Source: Protoeuglena noctilucae | Lineage: Eukaryota | Direction: 5' to 3' | Assembly: GCA_958009085.1 (NCBI GenBank) | Contig: OY253668.1 | Span: forward strand, 682,001-746,000 | DNA: 64,000 nucleotides | Part shown: positions 28,481-41,061 of the stretch, piece by piece | Position numbering within the stretch: the stretch's first letter is position 1 | How the letters are laid out: every line of letters begins with the position of its first letter | The notes under the pieces: generated by a model | Seen by the model: only the letters and a program-made list of their open reading frames with translations | What the model was told of the DNA's origin: nothing | Database searches by the model: none | Translations under genes and position numbers: made by a program

Positions 28481-29304
28481 ATGAAGCAGCAACCCAGAGA
28501 GTGGGGTCTTCAGGTCTCCAGGCGTTTTGACCTGCCCAGTCAGCTAGGGTTTCCATCTGGGATCATCCTCTTTGGCAAAGCAGCCTCCCCCAGTTCACCA
28601 TTACGTCATGCGCCACTAAAGCTAGAGGTGCCGGGATCCCGACCAGCGCCGAGAGAACCCCCATGCTCGTGCCCTGTTCACAAGTCGTCGTCTCCCGTCG
28701 TGCCGCGCTCGGGGTCGGGGCCATCGCCTTTTCAGGGCTGAGCTTCGTAGGCCAGAGCCGCGCAGAGAACGCGTCGATTTTGAGGTCCCTGGAGCGGTAC
28801 AGGGCCTCCGATGCGGTGGATACAAACCGCATCACGCGACTCAAGGCGAGGTGGCGTTGAGAGAGGAGTTCGCGGCGCGAGATCTCCCAGATGGGTCAAT
28901 CATGTGCGGATTGATCTGTCGCAGGCCGCTGAGGAGCAGCTGAGCCGCGTGGAGCTTTTGGCAACGGCTGGCGAGTATCGGTACGCGCGGGAACAGCTGC
29001 GGCTAGGGGCGCTCTCCAACCTCAACAAAGACCTACGCGCCTTCTCCAACGACCTCGACGGAGTGTCCGACGAGCAGGAGCGGGGCCTCAAGAGCGCCGT
29101 GCAGGTGCGGGACGCGAGGCTGTCGCGCCAACTCGGCTTCTCTGGGGTCGGGACGAGCCTCGCGCCCCCGCGCAGATGCTGGACGACAAGCTCCGGGCTC
29201 AAGCACCCCCGGCGGAGCTGAGAAGGGCGGCGGAGGACTGCCGCGACATGCTGCGGGCCATCATCGCCGAGGTCGAGCGCAGCGCCTCCGCCCCGCTCAG
29301 CTGA
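28481..29304 (+). CDS. Putative thylakoid-lumen (Tat) protein, PsbQ-like helical bundle; start uncertain
   Basis: Twin-Arg signal SRRAALGVGAIAFSGLSFVGQSRA (AxA-like cleavage site), then a helical domain YRYAREQLRLGALSNLNKDL. Confidence 0.55.
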
Positions 29305-29344
29305 GCGAGGCACCGCACGTCCCGTCCGCTGGGTGAGGCGACCG

Positions 29345-31232
29345 TTACGTCTGGAAGGCGCCCGCGGAGAGGGCCTCCACCATCGCCGCCTCTGCGCCCT
29401 CCTCAAAGGAAACGATCGTGGGGCGTTCCCCCTCACGTGCTCCCAGGCGAGGCCAAGCGAGCACGACGACGCCAGAGAACGTGGCCATGGTCCGCTGGAA
29501 CCGCTGGCGTGCGGCGCGCTTGCCTGCCTCATCCATCGCAGAGAACTGCGGGGCAGGCGGGGCACAGGTGGGGCTCAGGTGGGGCAGGGGGCCAACCATT
29601 GGAGCCGGCCGCTGCCAGTGCGCCACCGGCTCACGTCAGCGCGAAGGCGGGGCCCGCACCTGGGCTGGCGTCGTGCCGAGGGCGCGGTGTGCCATTCCCG
29701 GAGAGAGGGCCGCTTCCACAACGTCTGTCCCATCTTCCAGCTCGCAAACTATGTGGAACTGCAGGCATTTGCTATTCATGTCAGAGCCGCAGTCATTGGA
29801 GCGTGCCGGCCTGCACCTCGGATATCCCACGCACCTTGTCGGCATCCAGCCCCGACTCGACGCATCGGTTGAAGTGACCGTGAACGGCCACCCGGTCCGG
29901 CACGTCCCCGGTCGCGCTTTGCCGCATGATCCACGCCAGTGTGCCGAAAGCGACACCGTCACCCAACTGTCCCGAGCCGGAGGGCCCCTGCGGGAGACGA
30001 GGCCACGACTCACGCAGCGCGCAGACAGACGAGGAGCTCGCATGCGTGCCAGGGAACGGGCGCGTCGCCAGAGCCAGGCATGCGAGGCTGCGTCCTCACG
30101 GCTCGGCTCGGCTCCCTCGCGCCCCTGGCGCTGGCATCGGGGCCCTCTCGTGGGTCCGCCGTGGCGTCGTGCACCCTGGCAGCCTCCCAGTCGTCCTCTG
30201 AGTCCGAGTCCGTCACAGACAACACCACGGCTTCCCTGGGGCCCGGCGCAGCACTGGGCGCGGGTGGCACCGTCGCGTGCCCGTTCGCCGGCCGCCCTAC
30301 CTGTGCAGGCACGCGCCCCGCCCCCACAACAGGCCCCCCAACAGGCCCCGCCGCGTGCTGCTCTCGCATGGAGACCTCCGGCAAACCCGGCGCCGCTGGC
30401 AGCCCCGCGGCGGGGGCCGGGAGTGCGCCTCCTGCGGCTCTGCGGCAGCGCTGCACCAGGTTGAGCCCGGGCCGGCCGGGTGGTTCGAGCCGCGGGGGCT
30501 GAGCCCATTCTTCGAGCGCCCGTTTCCGAGCCGCCTCCAGGGCGGGCACCTTGCCCCCTAGCACGTCCACATTCTCTGGGCGGAGCAGGAGCACCCCCGC
30601 GCTCACGGCCGCGTCCGTCACCGCCAGCTTCAGCCCCGCGGCGGCGTCGGCGGACAGCTGCGGGATCGGCCGGAGCTCCGCAGCAACGACCCTGCGGGAA
30701 GCAAGCCCGCGAGGTGCTGGGGGGAGCATGGCAGCAAAGGGTATCGTCCTCTTGACGGCCAGATGTGCCACGCACCTGCGCCCTCCGTCGTTCAGGACGA
30801 GCTTGAGGCACCGGCGACCCCTGCTCCCTGCCTCGTAGCGGTTCTTGATGGGCTGCGAGACGTCCAGGATCTCGTCGACCTGGAAAACGTACCTGCAGAA
30901 GGGGCAAGCTGCGTCGTAGCCCCCTGCTGCTTAGCTGCGGACCTGCGGGTCACGCGACTTACACAGCGACTAGGTGATTACCTGCCGTGGAGGAAGCCAC
31001 AGAAATCGCGCTGCAGGACCTCGTCAGGGACGCGCGGGAGCGCAGCGTGGGACAGGTCGGATCCAAGCAGCTCCTGCAGCACGAATTCGGCCCTTCGGTC
31101 CAGCGGAAGGGTACCGAAGGCGGCTACTGAACTGCCCAGAGAAGCTACAATGACCGCAAGCCACTCCTCTCGCACAGAGATGCCAAGCGTGTTGTGGACG
31201 TGCAAGCTCAGCGCGTCGTCGCCCAGGCTCAT
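29345..31232 (-). CDS. RMI1: RecQ-mediated genome instability protein 1
   Basis: VREEWL...LLGSDL, VFQVDEILDVSQP, RCLKLVLNDG, ELRPIPQL, GVLLLRPENVDVLGG; C-terminal OB fold. Confidence 0.88.
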
Positions 31233-31635
31233 CGCAGGCAGCGAGTCGCAGCAGAGGTTATCACAGCCTACAAATGGGAGCGGAAACATGCCGCCAGGAC
31301 AGCCCGAGGCGCTCCCGTCCTCCTCCGGCGGCGACACACTCGACCGTCAGGGCAAAGCCCCCTGCAGAGCTAAGAAGCACGCCGATCGTCGCGTAAGATG
31401 GGTCAACTCCTCGAGGGTGCGAGCGTCGCAATCGGACACGCAGCGCAGACAGGGCCTATGGATGATGGCCTGTGCACACTCGTGCCTACTACCCCCGTTT
31501 CCCTTCTCCTCCACGCTGGCTGTCGCGACGTCACGAGTGCGCGCAATCAAATCACTGTTTGGACGCGTGTATGTCACAGCGACCTCGGCACTAGCGTCGA
31601 GCGAGGGCGGAGCGAGAGCGAGGGCCGTGGCGTCG

Positions 31636-33037
31636 ATGTCTGCGCGAGCCCCTGGGGCAACGACGCCTGATGGCGCCCGTAAGCCCGTTGGTCTGCTAGT
31701 TCTCTCCGGTCCTGGCGCTCCCGAGCTGAAATACCTGGAGGTGATGCCAGCTGCAGGGCCCGATGGACGTGGGCGGGGGCCTCATCAATCATGCCCGCAG
31801 CTGACCACGCCAGCCCTCCTGCTGCGCAGAGGCTCCCGCCCAGTGTGCGCATCGTCGCGGTGGGGCAGCGACTTGAGGAATTCAGCCATCTGTCCGCTGA
31901 AGGCTGGGCGAGCGTCGAGTGCATGCTGAACTGCGGGGTCCTGGAGAATGCCGCCAAGAGGGAGACGATCGAGGGGGTCTGGCCCCGCGTGCCCAACCTC
32001 CACTGGTTCCACCTCGCGTCGGCGGGCATCGAGCACGTAGTCTTCCCCGCCCTGGTGGCCTCGGACGTCGTCCTGACCAACGCCAAGGGCTGCTTCTCGC
32101 ACTCCCTGGCGGAGTACGCGCTGTTCGGGTGCAAGTACTTTGCCCTCGACTACCCGCGGATGGCCGCGGCCAAACGCCAGTCGCAGTGGGCTCCGTACGA
32201 TGTGGAGGAGCTGCGGGAGAAGCGGATGGGCATCGTGGGGTACGGGGACATCGGGCAGGCCGTGGCGCGCATCGCGAGGGCGTTCAGGATGAAGGTCGTC
32301 GGGCTGAGGCGCAGGTGGGCCTTGTGCATGCGAGGGATGTGTGTCTCCGCTGTTAAGCCGTGGTGTGTGCCATAGGCGTTGTTTACATGGGTTGGCGCAG
32401 GAAGGAGCTGTCTGCAGAGGAGGAGAAGGAGGGTCTGGTCGAGAAGATGTACGGCACGGACCAGCTGATTGAGATGGTCGGCGAGTGCGACTACGTCGTG
32501 ATGGCGACACCCTTCACGCCCGCGACCCACAAGATGTTCTCCCGGGTGAGGCGCGGAGTGGGCACCGGCGGCACCTGCGCATCGAGGGATCGGAGCGTGC
32601 AGCTGGATGTTTGACCCATGGGGCATTCCCGCAGGAGGCCGTGGCGGCCATGAAGCCCAACGCCGTGTTCGTCAACATCGGCCGGGGCAAGTGCGTGGAC
32701 GAGGATGCCTTGGTGGAGGCGCTTGAGGCGCGGAAGATCCGGGGCGCTGTGCTGGACGTGACGTACACCGAGCCACTGCCCAAAGACCACAAGCTGTGGA
32801 CCCTGCCCAACGTGGTGCTCTCGCCCCACTGGTGAGAGCGAGAATCGAAGCCAGACCTAGCTGCACACGATTTCTAAACGGCTGTGACCCCATGCCTTCA
32901 AGCTCTGCATGTACAGCAGTGCCGACCGGACGGACCAATTCCAATTCGATGCCATGGATCTCTTCGTCCGCAACGCTCACCGCTACGTCGCGGGGGAGAG
33001 CGTGCTTAACGTGGTCGACAAAGCGGCGGGTTACTAA
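31636..33037 (+). CDS. D-isomer-specific 2-hydroxyacid dehydrogenase
   Basis: GIVGYGDIG, VNIGRGKCVDEDAL, GAVLDVTYTEPLP, VVLSPH, NVVDKAAGY. Confidence 0.92.
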
Positions 33038-33085
33038 TATACCCAGATGTGCTGCCCGCCATGCTTGATGTCCTCCCGTCCTCTC

Positions 33086-34432
33086 TCAGGGTGTCGCCGT
33101 GTCAGGTTGAACCCCCATGGCATCCAGACCGCTCAAGGCATCCTTGTTGCGGGGCTGCATGTTCAAAACACGCTCGTAGTCCCGCCGCGCCTCCTCTGCG
33201 CGGCCCAGCTCCCTGCGTGTGTACCGAAGGTGGGGACCGGCTAACGGAGCACTGGGTACGCCCCTGACGCTGAACCGCACCCGGTGCCCTCGATGCTTTC
33301 CATGTCCACCCATGCCTCGCCTGTAGCACGTCGCCCTCCGCAGCAGGCCCTTCACGTCGCCCGTGTTGGCCCCCACGACGCGCTCGCAGTCGGCCAGCGC
33401 GTCCGCGTACCTCCCCAGCTTGATCAGTGCCATGGCGCGGTTGGACAGCGCGGCGGTCAGACCCGGGTCCGCCTCCACCGCGCGCGAGTAGCACTCAACG
33501 GCGCTCCCCCACCGCCCGGCGCGGAACTCCTCATTCCCACGCTCCTTCTCCCGTTGCGCTTCCGTGTTAATGGTGTCCTTGTTGGCCTTGCCGGCGCCCG
33601 CCCTGGCGCCCGCGCCCACCCCCGACATGAGTCGCTCGTAGGCGGCCTCGGTCGTGTCACCACGCCGCCGTTTGTCCTCCTGGAACGCCCGGGCTTCCGC
33701 CACCCAGGGCGCCGACGAGCTGAGCTCGGCGAGGCTGAAGTCCATGCGCTCGAAATCGTCGTCGTTGTCCCGGAACCGCGCGAGGAAGGCGTCCCCCCGG
33801 ACCTCCAGCGCCAGCCCGCACAGCTGCGCCACCTGCGACGCCCTCACGTTCACGGGCAGGCCCTTGAGCACGCCCTGGTCGTCCACGTACATGTCGATGC
33901 CCACGTGTCGGTTCGCGGGTCTGCGGTCGCACGGCGAGGAACAGCGCGATCGGGCGAGCAGTGACGCAGAGCTTGTGGGTCTTTCCAGATGAAGGCAGAC
34001 GCGTCTTCGCTCATCGTCATCCCATGGCAGCGGCGACCGCCTCACCTGTTTACGACCAGAGGCACCGTCTCCGCGAGCTGTATGTCCACCGCCGTGTCCA
34101 AGAGCTCATCCGAGACGGTCGTCCCTTGCTCTGCTTTGCTCCGCAGCGCGTTGCGGAACTGGGCCTCCTGCGCAGTGGTCTTCTTGTGGCGCGCAAAGTG
34201 CTGCGGGAGGGGGCAGATGCGAAACGGTTTCCCGGGAGGGCTACGCATCGTGCATGCGCATAGGGAGACCACGCGTGTTCCGAGACGCCCCCCCGTTCCC
34301 AAGCCTTGGCCGAACCTTTTGCAAGCGGTTAACCAGGCATTCGACGACATTCTCGCTTGTGTACTCCATCGTCAGTTCCTGCACCTCCTCGTCCACATCG
34401 GCTGGAATGAAGACATACTTGAAGGCAGGCAT
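33086..34432 (-). CDS. Protein with an uncharacterised N-terminal domain and a C-terminal 3-TPR co-chaperone-type domain
   Basis: KERGNEEF...AVECYSRA, LSNRAMALIKL, KGLLRRA TPR repeats; upstream motif YVDDQGVLKGLPVNVRA...VRGDAFL. Confidence 0.75.
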
Positions 34433-34727
34433 TTGCGGCCCGCTGCTTCTTTACCAGGCGTCGCCGACGCGTGCACGAGCGCTATTCACCCATCAGTAGT
34501 TTCGGCAGCGCCGTATGGATGCCGCACGTGCGTCGTTGGCCTATGCCAGCGCCGAGCGCGCTTGATGTCCGTGCCAGACATTGTATGGGCGAGCGATCCC
34601 CGCAATTCCATGTCCGATGCCTACTTGATCTCATCGAGAATCACGAGCGCCGAAGGTTAGGCGGGGTATGGCCCTCTCCCTGGCGCGCAGGGGCATGTTG
34701 CTGTGATGGGCGGTCCGGTGCGTGCGC

Positions 34728-36912
34728 ATGAGCGACGGCACAAGCGACAAGGTGCTTTGCATGCATGAATTGTCTTCTCATTACGACCCTGCCTCACCCT
34801 GCACCGTCCCAGGAATGGAACGCGAGGAGCCGGGCGGCGGGGCTCATCGCGAAAAAGTCCGGCGTCGGCGTCCCAGCTGCCGTGACGTCGCTCGTGCTGC
34901 TCGTCGGGGGCGTCGCGACGGCATGGTACCATCGTTGCAATGCCGAAGCTGTGCGAGCGGAATTTCAGGTCGGCAGGCCGCCTGCGAGGCCCTGTGCTGT
35001 CCACCAGCTGCGCAGTTAGCCCCGAACGTCACCATTTCCCTCTCGTCCCGCAGAGAGGAATTCTGTCGCTGGGTTTTGCCCAGAGCATCGCAAGTGGGGT
35101 CGCCGCGGCCTTCCTGAGCGGCCTTTGCGTCGTCCTGGGCGTGCAAGGGCTGCTCGCGATCCTCCACGAGGTCGTCGCGGCCATCGCCCCGCCTTCCAAG
35201 GCCGATGCGGCGCCCGCTAAGACCGGCCCCGCTCCTCCGAAAGTCCCCGACACGCCTATGGTCCTCAGCCTGCGCTCTCCGCCCATCACGCCTCAGAGCC
35301 CGGGCGCTGCGGGGCCGCCGGCATCCCCCGGCCTCCTCTCATCTCCTCTTCCCCACACCCCTCTCTTCTTCCCCTCCGACCTGAGAGCCTTTCCGTTGAC
35401 TTCGCCCCAGCGTGGAGCGCCGCCCTCTCCCTCCGTGACCCCCGACGCGGGCGTGAGCGCCCCGTCCACGGAGGCACAGGCGTCTCGTGCACGCGCGACT
35501 ACCCCCAAGTACTGCCCCAGCCCTCCTCCTCGCGCCGAGGTGACGGCGCTAAGCGTGGCCGACGTCGCCATGCGGCTGCGGTGTTACATTTACAGTTGGC
35601 TATGCATGAAAGTCCCTTGGCATCCGCAGGCCCGCCAGCTGGAGGACCAGAGCACCCTGCCGTCGACGCACGAGGAGTTCTTGGCGGTGCTGGACGAATG
35701 GGGTTTGACCGAGGAGGAGCTGGAGCTTTGGGCGGAGGACTTGCGCGACTGGCTGGTCAGCCACGTCATTCGGCCCCTGATGCACAAGGCTGCCGTGGCG
35801 CACGAAGGTGGGGAGCTGCTCCGCGTTGCCGCCGCGCTGCCCTGCGCGTCGCCGTCGGCGGTCATCGGGGCGGCATCCCACCTCGCTTGCTGCGTCCCCA
35901 GACGTGAGCCGGTGGAGCGGGAGGCTGGGGGTGGAGGGCGCGCTCCGGCCCCTGGTCCAGACGCCCCCGGACGGCGCGAGCGAGGGGCCGCTGCTGGAGG
36001 ACGCGGGGCCGGGGGTCAGCGAGGAGGACGTGGCGCTGTGCCAGCAGCTGCGCGTTGCCGCGGAGCAGCAGCTGGCCCAGCGGCAGTCCAAGCAGTCGAC
36101 GTCCCTCTTCGGCTTCAAGCCCCAGGCCACGAACGAGGACCGCGAGGCGCTTGAGGCCGTGCGGAAGCTCGTGGCCGCGCTGGAGGCCTACGATGCATTG
36201 GCGCGGGTGCTGCGGGGGAGCTTCGTGCCTGGGCTGCTGGGGCCCGTGCCGCCCGGCTACGTGTCCGCGCGGCTGCGCGTGCTGGCGCGGGACCGCTCCC
36301 CGCTGCAGGCCTTCCAGTGGGATGCGGGCATGACCTGGGCCGGGCGGGCGTGGCGCGCGGGGTCCATGCCGACCGACTCGGCGCTGCTGCTCTACGTCCT
36401 CGCGTGCTTCCTGGACGCCCCGGACTGGGACTTCGTCGCGCGGGCCGAGCACCGCCGCCCCGGCGCCGCCCCGCTCTTCCTGGGGCACCTGCCCCACGGC
36501 ACGGTGCCTGGGACGATGCAGTACTCGGCAATCCTCGAGGGCGCGCAGGTGAGCGCTCTCCGCTACGCAAGTGGCTCCGCGAGTTGGCTCCCCGAGGTCG
36601 CGAACTGGCGCTTTCCGCTCCCCTCCTCAGGCGCCGCGCACGGGGGTGGCGCATGCGCTGGTGCTGGACAAGTCCGTACATCCGCCCCAGTTCCAGCTCA
36701 TGGTGGCCGGCAAGCTCGTCCTGGTTCTGGGTGGCAAGGATGGCAGGATGGGGTTCTTCTTTTCTGTCCTCCTTTGGCTGTGGTACGCGCAGAAGCATTT
36801 CCGCGGGTGGCTCGGAGACCTGTCGCTCGCCAGCAGCCTCCACGTGGCGCACGTGTTCTCCACGCAGCGACAACACGTGCTCAGCCGCTTCCGCCAGCTC
36901 ATCGGCGCGTAG
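34728..36912 (+). CDS. TMEM209 / CytochromB561_N-like nuclear-envelope protein
   Basis: Two N-terminal TMs and an S/P-rich linker; LRDWLVSHVIRPL, YVSARLRVLA, FQWDAG, PTDSALLLYVLACFLD, HPPQFQL. Confidence 0.75.
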
Positions 36913-37273
36913 CATGTCGAATTCCGAACTGGGGCGATTGCCCCGCGCCAGAATCGGCATTTTCCCTGGCAGGCGAAACAGGCGCCCCCTCCTCGCGCTC
37001 CGCTGCTTTGTGTGTCAGCAGGCGCAGCTGTGGGCGGCCCCCGCGCAATTCTGGCTGCTGCCGACGTGGAAGGGCCGGCTAGTTGAAGCGAGGTGCGCCC
37101 GCGCGGCATGAATTGCCTACGTCATTTCGATGATGGAGAGGCCGGGATGTCGGGCGCGTTACCGGACCATGCTCCGCCAAAACCGGGATGGGCCACCCCG
37201 CCCCGTGACGCCCCCCCGCAGGACATCTGAACCCGTGACGCAAGAGAGAGGAGCGCGCTTCTAGCGCAGGGCC

Positions 37274-38355
37274 ATGGACCGGGGAGAGGCGGGCGACGAG
37301 AAGTGAGCGCGCTCGGTCGGCCGCAGACCCTGCCTCGCATGGCGATGTGGGAGGGCCGTCGAGGCCCCCCGGGCACTGACAGCGATGACGTGTGGCGCTG
37401 CTGCGATCCCGACGAGCCCGTCGCCGACTGCGTCGTTCCCCCTGCAGGCGGTCGTTATTACAGAGGATAGCACGTGTTTTTTCGAAGAAGCAGCGGGCGG
37501 ACGAGCTCGCCGGAAGGTCGTCGAAGAAGAACCTGACGTAAGGCGCGCCCTGCACGCGAGTGGGGCGCGACGCGCTGCGCCGGCCACAACTGCGCATGGG
37601 CGTTGAGGGTGACGTGGCCCTGCCCCCGCCCACCCCGCCCGCCCCCGCAACGCGCAGTGCGAATAAGAGCTTTCAGGACTCGGACCGGGCCGGGCCCAGC
37701 GGACGGGCCAGGCCGACCCAGGAGCACACGCCGGAGGCGCGCCCGGGCCAGGAGCCCAGCATGCAGGCCCAGTACAGCCCGTCGACGCAGCGCGCGCCCC
37801 AGGAGGCGCAGGGCATCATCAATTGGGGTTCGTACTCTATCTATTTGGAGCCACACAAACTCCGATGGATCTTGCGGTGCGTTTGGCCGGATGCAGGCGT
37901 GGCGCGCCGGACTGTACCACTGCGGGAGACTGTGGCCGCCTCACGCCTGAGTCCCTGACCGGCGCACAGGTGGCTCGAGAAGCAGCCGACGCCCAAGGAC
38001 ATGGAGGACGTGTCGGACATCCGCGGGGCGAATGGGGAGCTGAAGGACTGCGTGGCGGCGCTGCACTACGTGGAGAGTGGTGAGGCGCCTGCTGCGGCGG
38101 TCCTTCTGGGGCCACCCTGGGGCGCAGATTGGGGTGCGGACGGTGCGCTGCGATGCCCCCCTCGCAGTGTCTTCGTCGGAAGGGGACGCGGGGGATGACA
38201 CGACCCTCGCGAGCGGTGGCCCACGGTCCCACGGCCGCGACTCTGCTCGGGTGCACCCCGTGGACGCCAGGGGGGCGCCGCTGACGTCTGCATCGGGGGA
38301 GCTGCCTACCAAAAAGGAAGGCCAGCCTAGGGATCCGGGACTCCTCGCCACATAG
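37274..38355 (+). CDS. Hypothetical protein, about 5 exons
   Basis: Consistent GT-AG splicing gives MDRGEAGDEKRSLLQRIARVFSKK...WGSYSIYLEPHKLRWILRWLEKQPTP. No family recognised. Confidence 0.5.
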
Positions 38356-38457
38356 CACGAGCCCTAGCTGTCAGGTGGGCGGATTCAACGCCCCTGCGCC
38401 TGCAATCGCAGGATCCATTCGCTTTGTGAGCCATAGAAACCATGTGAAGCATTCCTG

Positions 38458-40698
38458 CTAGTGGAAGCGATACAGTACGCTGTCGTCCCGATCCTTATGC
38501 CCCACGATGCTGCATCTCTCCCCGCCCTCAATGACGAGCGTCGTGGAAGCGTAGACGGGACAATCGGCGCTACGGGCTGCCGGGAAGAGCACCCGGTCGC
38601 CGCGACCCTCAGCTCCGTGGAGCTCGCCGGCGCGCATCGGCGCAGGAGCTGACGATGAGGCCGCCCCAAGTCGGTCCTCTGCACGGCCGCTCCCAGCCGC
38701 CTCATCTTCCCGAACCGCAGCAGTCCGCTCCTCCCTCGTGGGGACCCCTGCGCCGGCATCATCCTCCCCCTGGGCACCCTCTGCCTCGGCCGACGCGTGC
38801 CCCCGCTCCGCCACGGCATCCGCCGCCGTGGGCCCCGCTGCCCCCATCTCCACCTCATCGCGGGGCCGCTCTCCTGGGCCCTCCGCGGCCCCCCGCTGGG
38901 ACGCGCTGCTCGCACGCCACGCCGACGCTTGCCCGTCCAGCCACGCGTCGTACGAGGAGAAGTGGTTGAGGCGCGTGTCGACTGCCATCCCGCTCAGCGC
39001 CTCCGCCTCCGCCAGCGCCGGGTCCAAGGCCATGTCCTCCTCCAGGTCTCCCTCCAGGTCCTGGGCGTGCGCGTCTGCAGCTGGACGCTCACGCAGCCGC
39101 GCCTGGGCCTCCCGGTCCCTCCCCGACGCCTCGGGCACGCCGGCAGCGCTGTCAGACGCGCCGTTGCTCGGCTGCCGCGCGAAGATGGACAGGAGGGACG
39201 CAGGGAACCCCGCAGCGCGGCCGTGGCTGGCGGCAGGCGCGAGGTCTGGCAGCGTCTTGGCAGCACCCCCCGACGCCTGCCCCGACGCCGGCTCCTCGCG
39301 CGCCTTCGCGACGCCATTTCCCGCGACCGGCGCGGCGGGCTCCTCCGTCGGCGCCGAGGGCGGGCGCGGGTACTGTGGAACGCTGTCCAGGCGCGCCTCC
39401 AGGTCGCGCTGCCGCTTCACCGCCTCCGCCAGAACCGAGACCTGCTTCGACACTGCCCCCTCCAGCAGGACGACCAAGTCCTGCATGCCCTCCACGTCCC
39501 TCTGCGCCGGGGATGGAAAGTTTGCATGCATTTTGTGACCCCAACGATCGCCCACGCCCGTGAGCGCCATCCGCGCCCGACTCACCCTCAACGCCTCGTC
39601 CTCGGCCGCCAGCTGCTTCAGGAGGTCCGCGTGCACCGCCCCCTGCTCCTGGAGCCCCGTGATCGCCCTCAGCGCGTCGTGGCGCAGGAGTCGCACGCGT
39701 GTGGCGGACCTCTCCGATCGCTGCGAGGAGAGGCAACGTGAAGGGGTCACAGTCGCACACTCGATGTGTAGAGCGACGCATGGGCAGACACGCGCGCCCG
39801 CATCGCCGGCCCTCTCGCCTCCGCGACCTCCTCCAGCCGCGTGCTGTGGCCCGTGACGGCGGACTCGACCTTGGCGAGCCTCGCCGCAGCGGCGGGCGCC
39901 AGCAAACGACCGGCTCGGCGTCTTTCTGCGGACAAGCGTAGCTTGCGGCCGACGAAGCCGGCCAGCAGCGCGACCAGCGCGACCCCAGGGGCCCACTCGG
40001 GCACCGGCATGGGTGCAGGCCCCGGAGGTGCCGACTGCGAGCGGAACGGCGCGAGCACATCACGGCAGGGTCACTTGACGCCCCGCTGGCCTGACGATGG
40101 ACATATACCGGGCAGAAACGCCGTCGCCGCTCACCGTGGCCACGGGCGCATCCGTGGCTTTCCCCGCCCTCGCGCGAGACGCCGCCGCTCCCGATTCGCT
40201 CCCCGCTCTGCCCGTGATGTCGAACGTGCTCTTCATCACGCCGACAAGCGGATACAGGTACACTGCGCGAGCGACGAGCCGGGGACAACATTGACCCCAG
40301 GCAGCCCCCTAGTGCAGCCCGCCCGATGCGACGGGGTGCATCCAGCCCGAGCGGATAAGCGCGCAGCACGTCTTACCCGCCGCCAGCATCGCGAGCGCTG
40401 CGCCCTCGACGAACTCGACCGAAGCGGCTGCGGCCTCGCACGTTGATGGGCCTCCCTCCTCAGGGTCCCAGGATCGCGACGCCCTGGCGCGCGTCGAAAT
40501 CCGTGCGCGCCCGCGGCTTGCTAGGATGAATGCACTCCACGACACGATGTGAGCCCACCGCGGCTCGAAGGGTGCGCGACGGCTGGGGCGCGCCCAGCGC
40601 ACCGCGGGTCGCGTGGGGCGTGCGGGTGGCAGCCCTGGGCACCCGCAGCTCCTCCCCAGCTCGCTGCATCGCGATGAGCTGCTCCTGGCTGCGTTCAT
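38458..40698 (-). CDS. Hypothetical TM plus coiled-coil protein, possibly organelle-targeted
   Basis: R/S-rich N-terminus, TM GVALVALLAGFVG, coiled-coil exons, long last exon. Start uncertain. Confidence 0.55.
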
Positions 40699-41061
40699 CG
40701 CGCCGAGGCAGTCGCAGGCACCCAAGGTAAGCCTGGGGCCCGCAGCTCCCAGGGGAAGAGCAGCTGAATGAGCCCAAGCGGCAAGCCAGGAAATCAGCGA
40801 TGGCTTTAGGAGATGGCAAGGTACGCTAGCAAGCGAATGGATGCGCTAGCGCACGGCGCGCGGCTTGGTACCTGCTGACCGGCACGGCTTCCCAGCGGCC
40901 TGCATCGCGACTTCGCTGACCAGCGCCCGAGTGCGGCAGAATCGGGTACTGTTTCATGACTACGCATCTTGGCTGTCGCGAAAGCAGTTGATTTGCTGGC
41001 AGCTGCTGGAACTTAGTCAACGAGACGGACTTTGGGACCTGCAGTGGACGTGGGGAGCTAG

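Noticed and set aside
32826..32840. In-frame TGA codons (here, at 52516 and elsewhere) as possible selenocysteine or recoding
   Set aside because: Each TGA is part of a GTGAG donor; splicing restores the frame.
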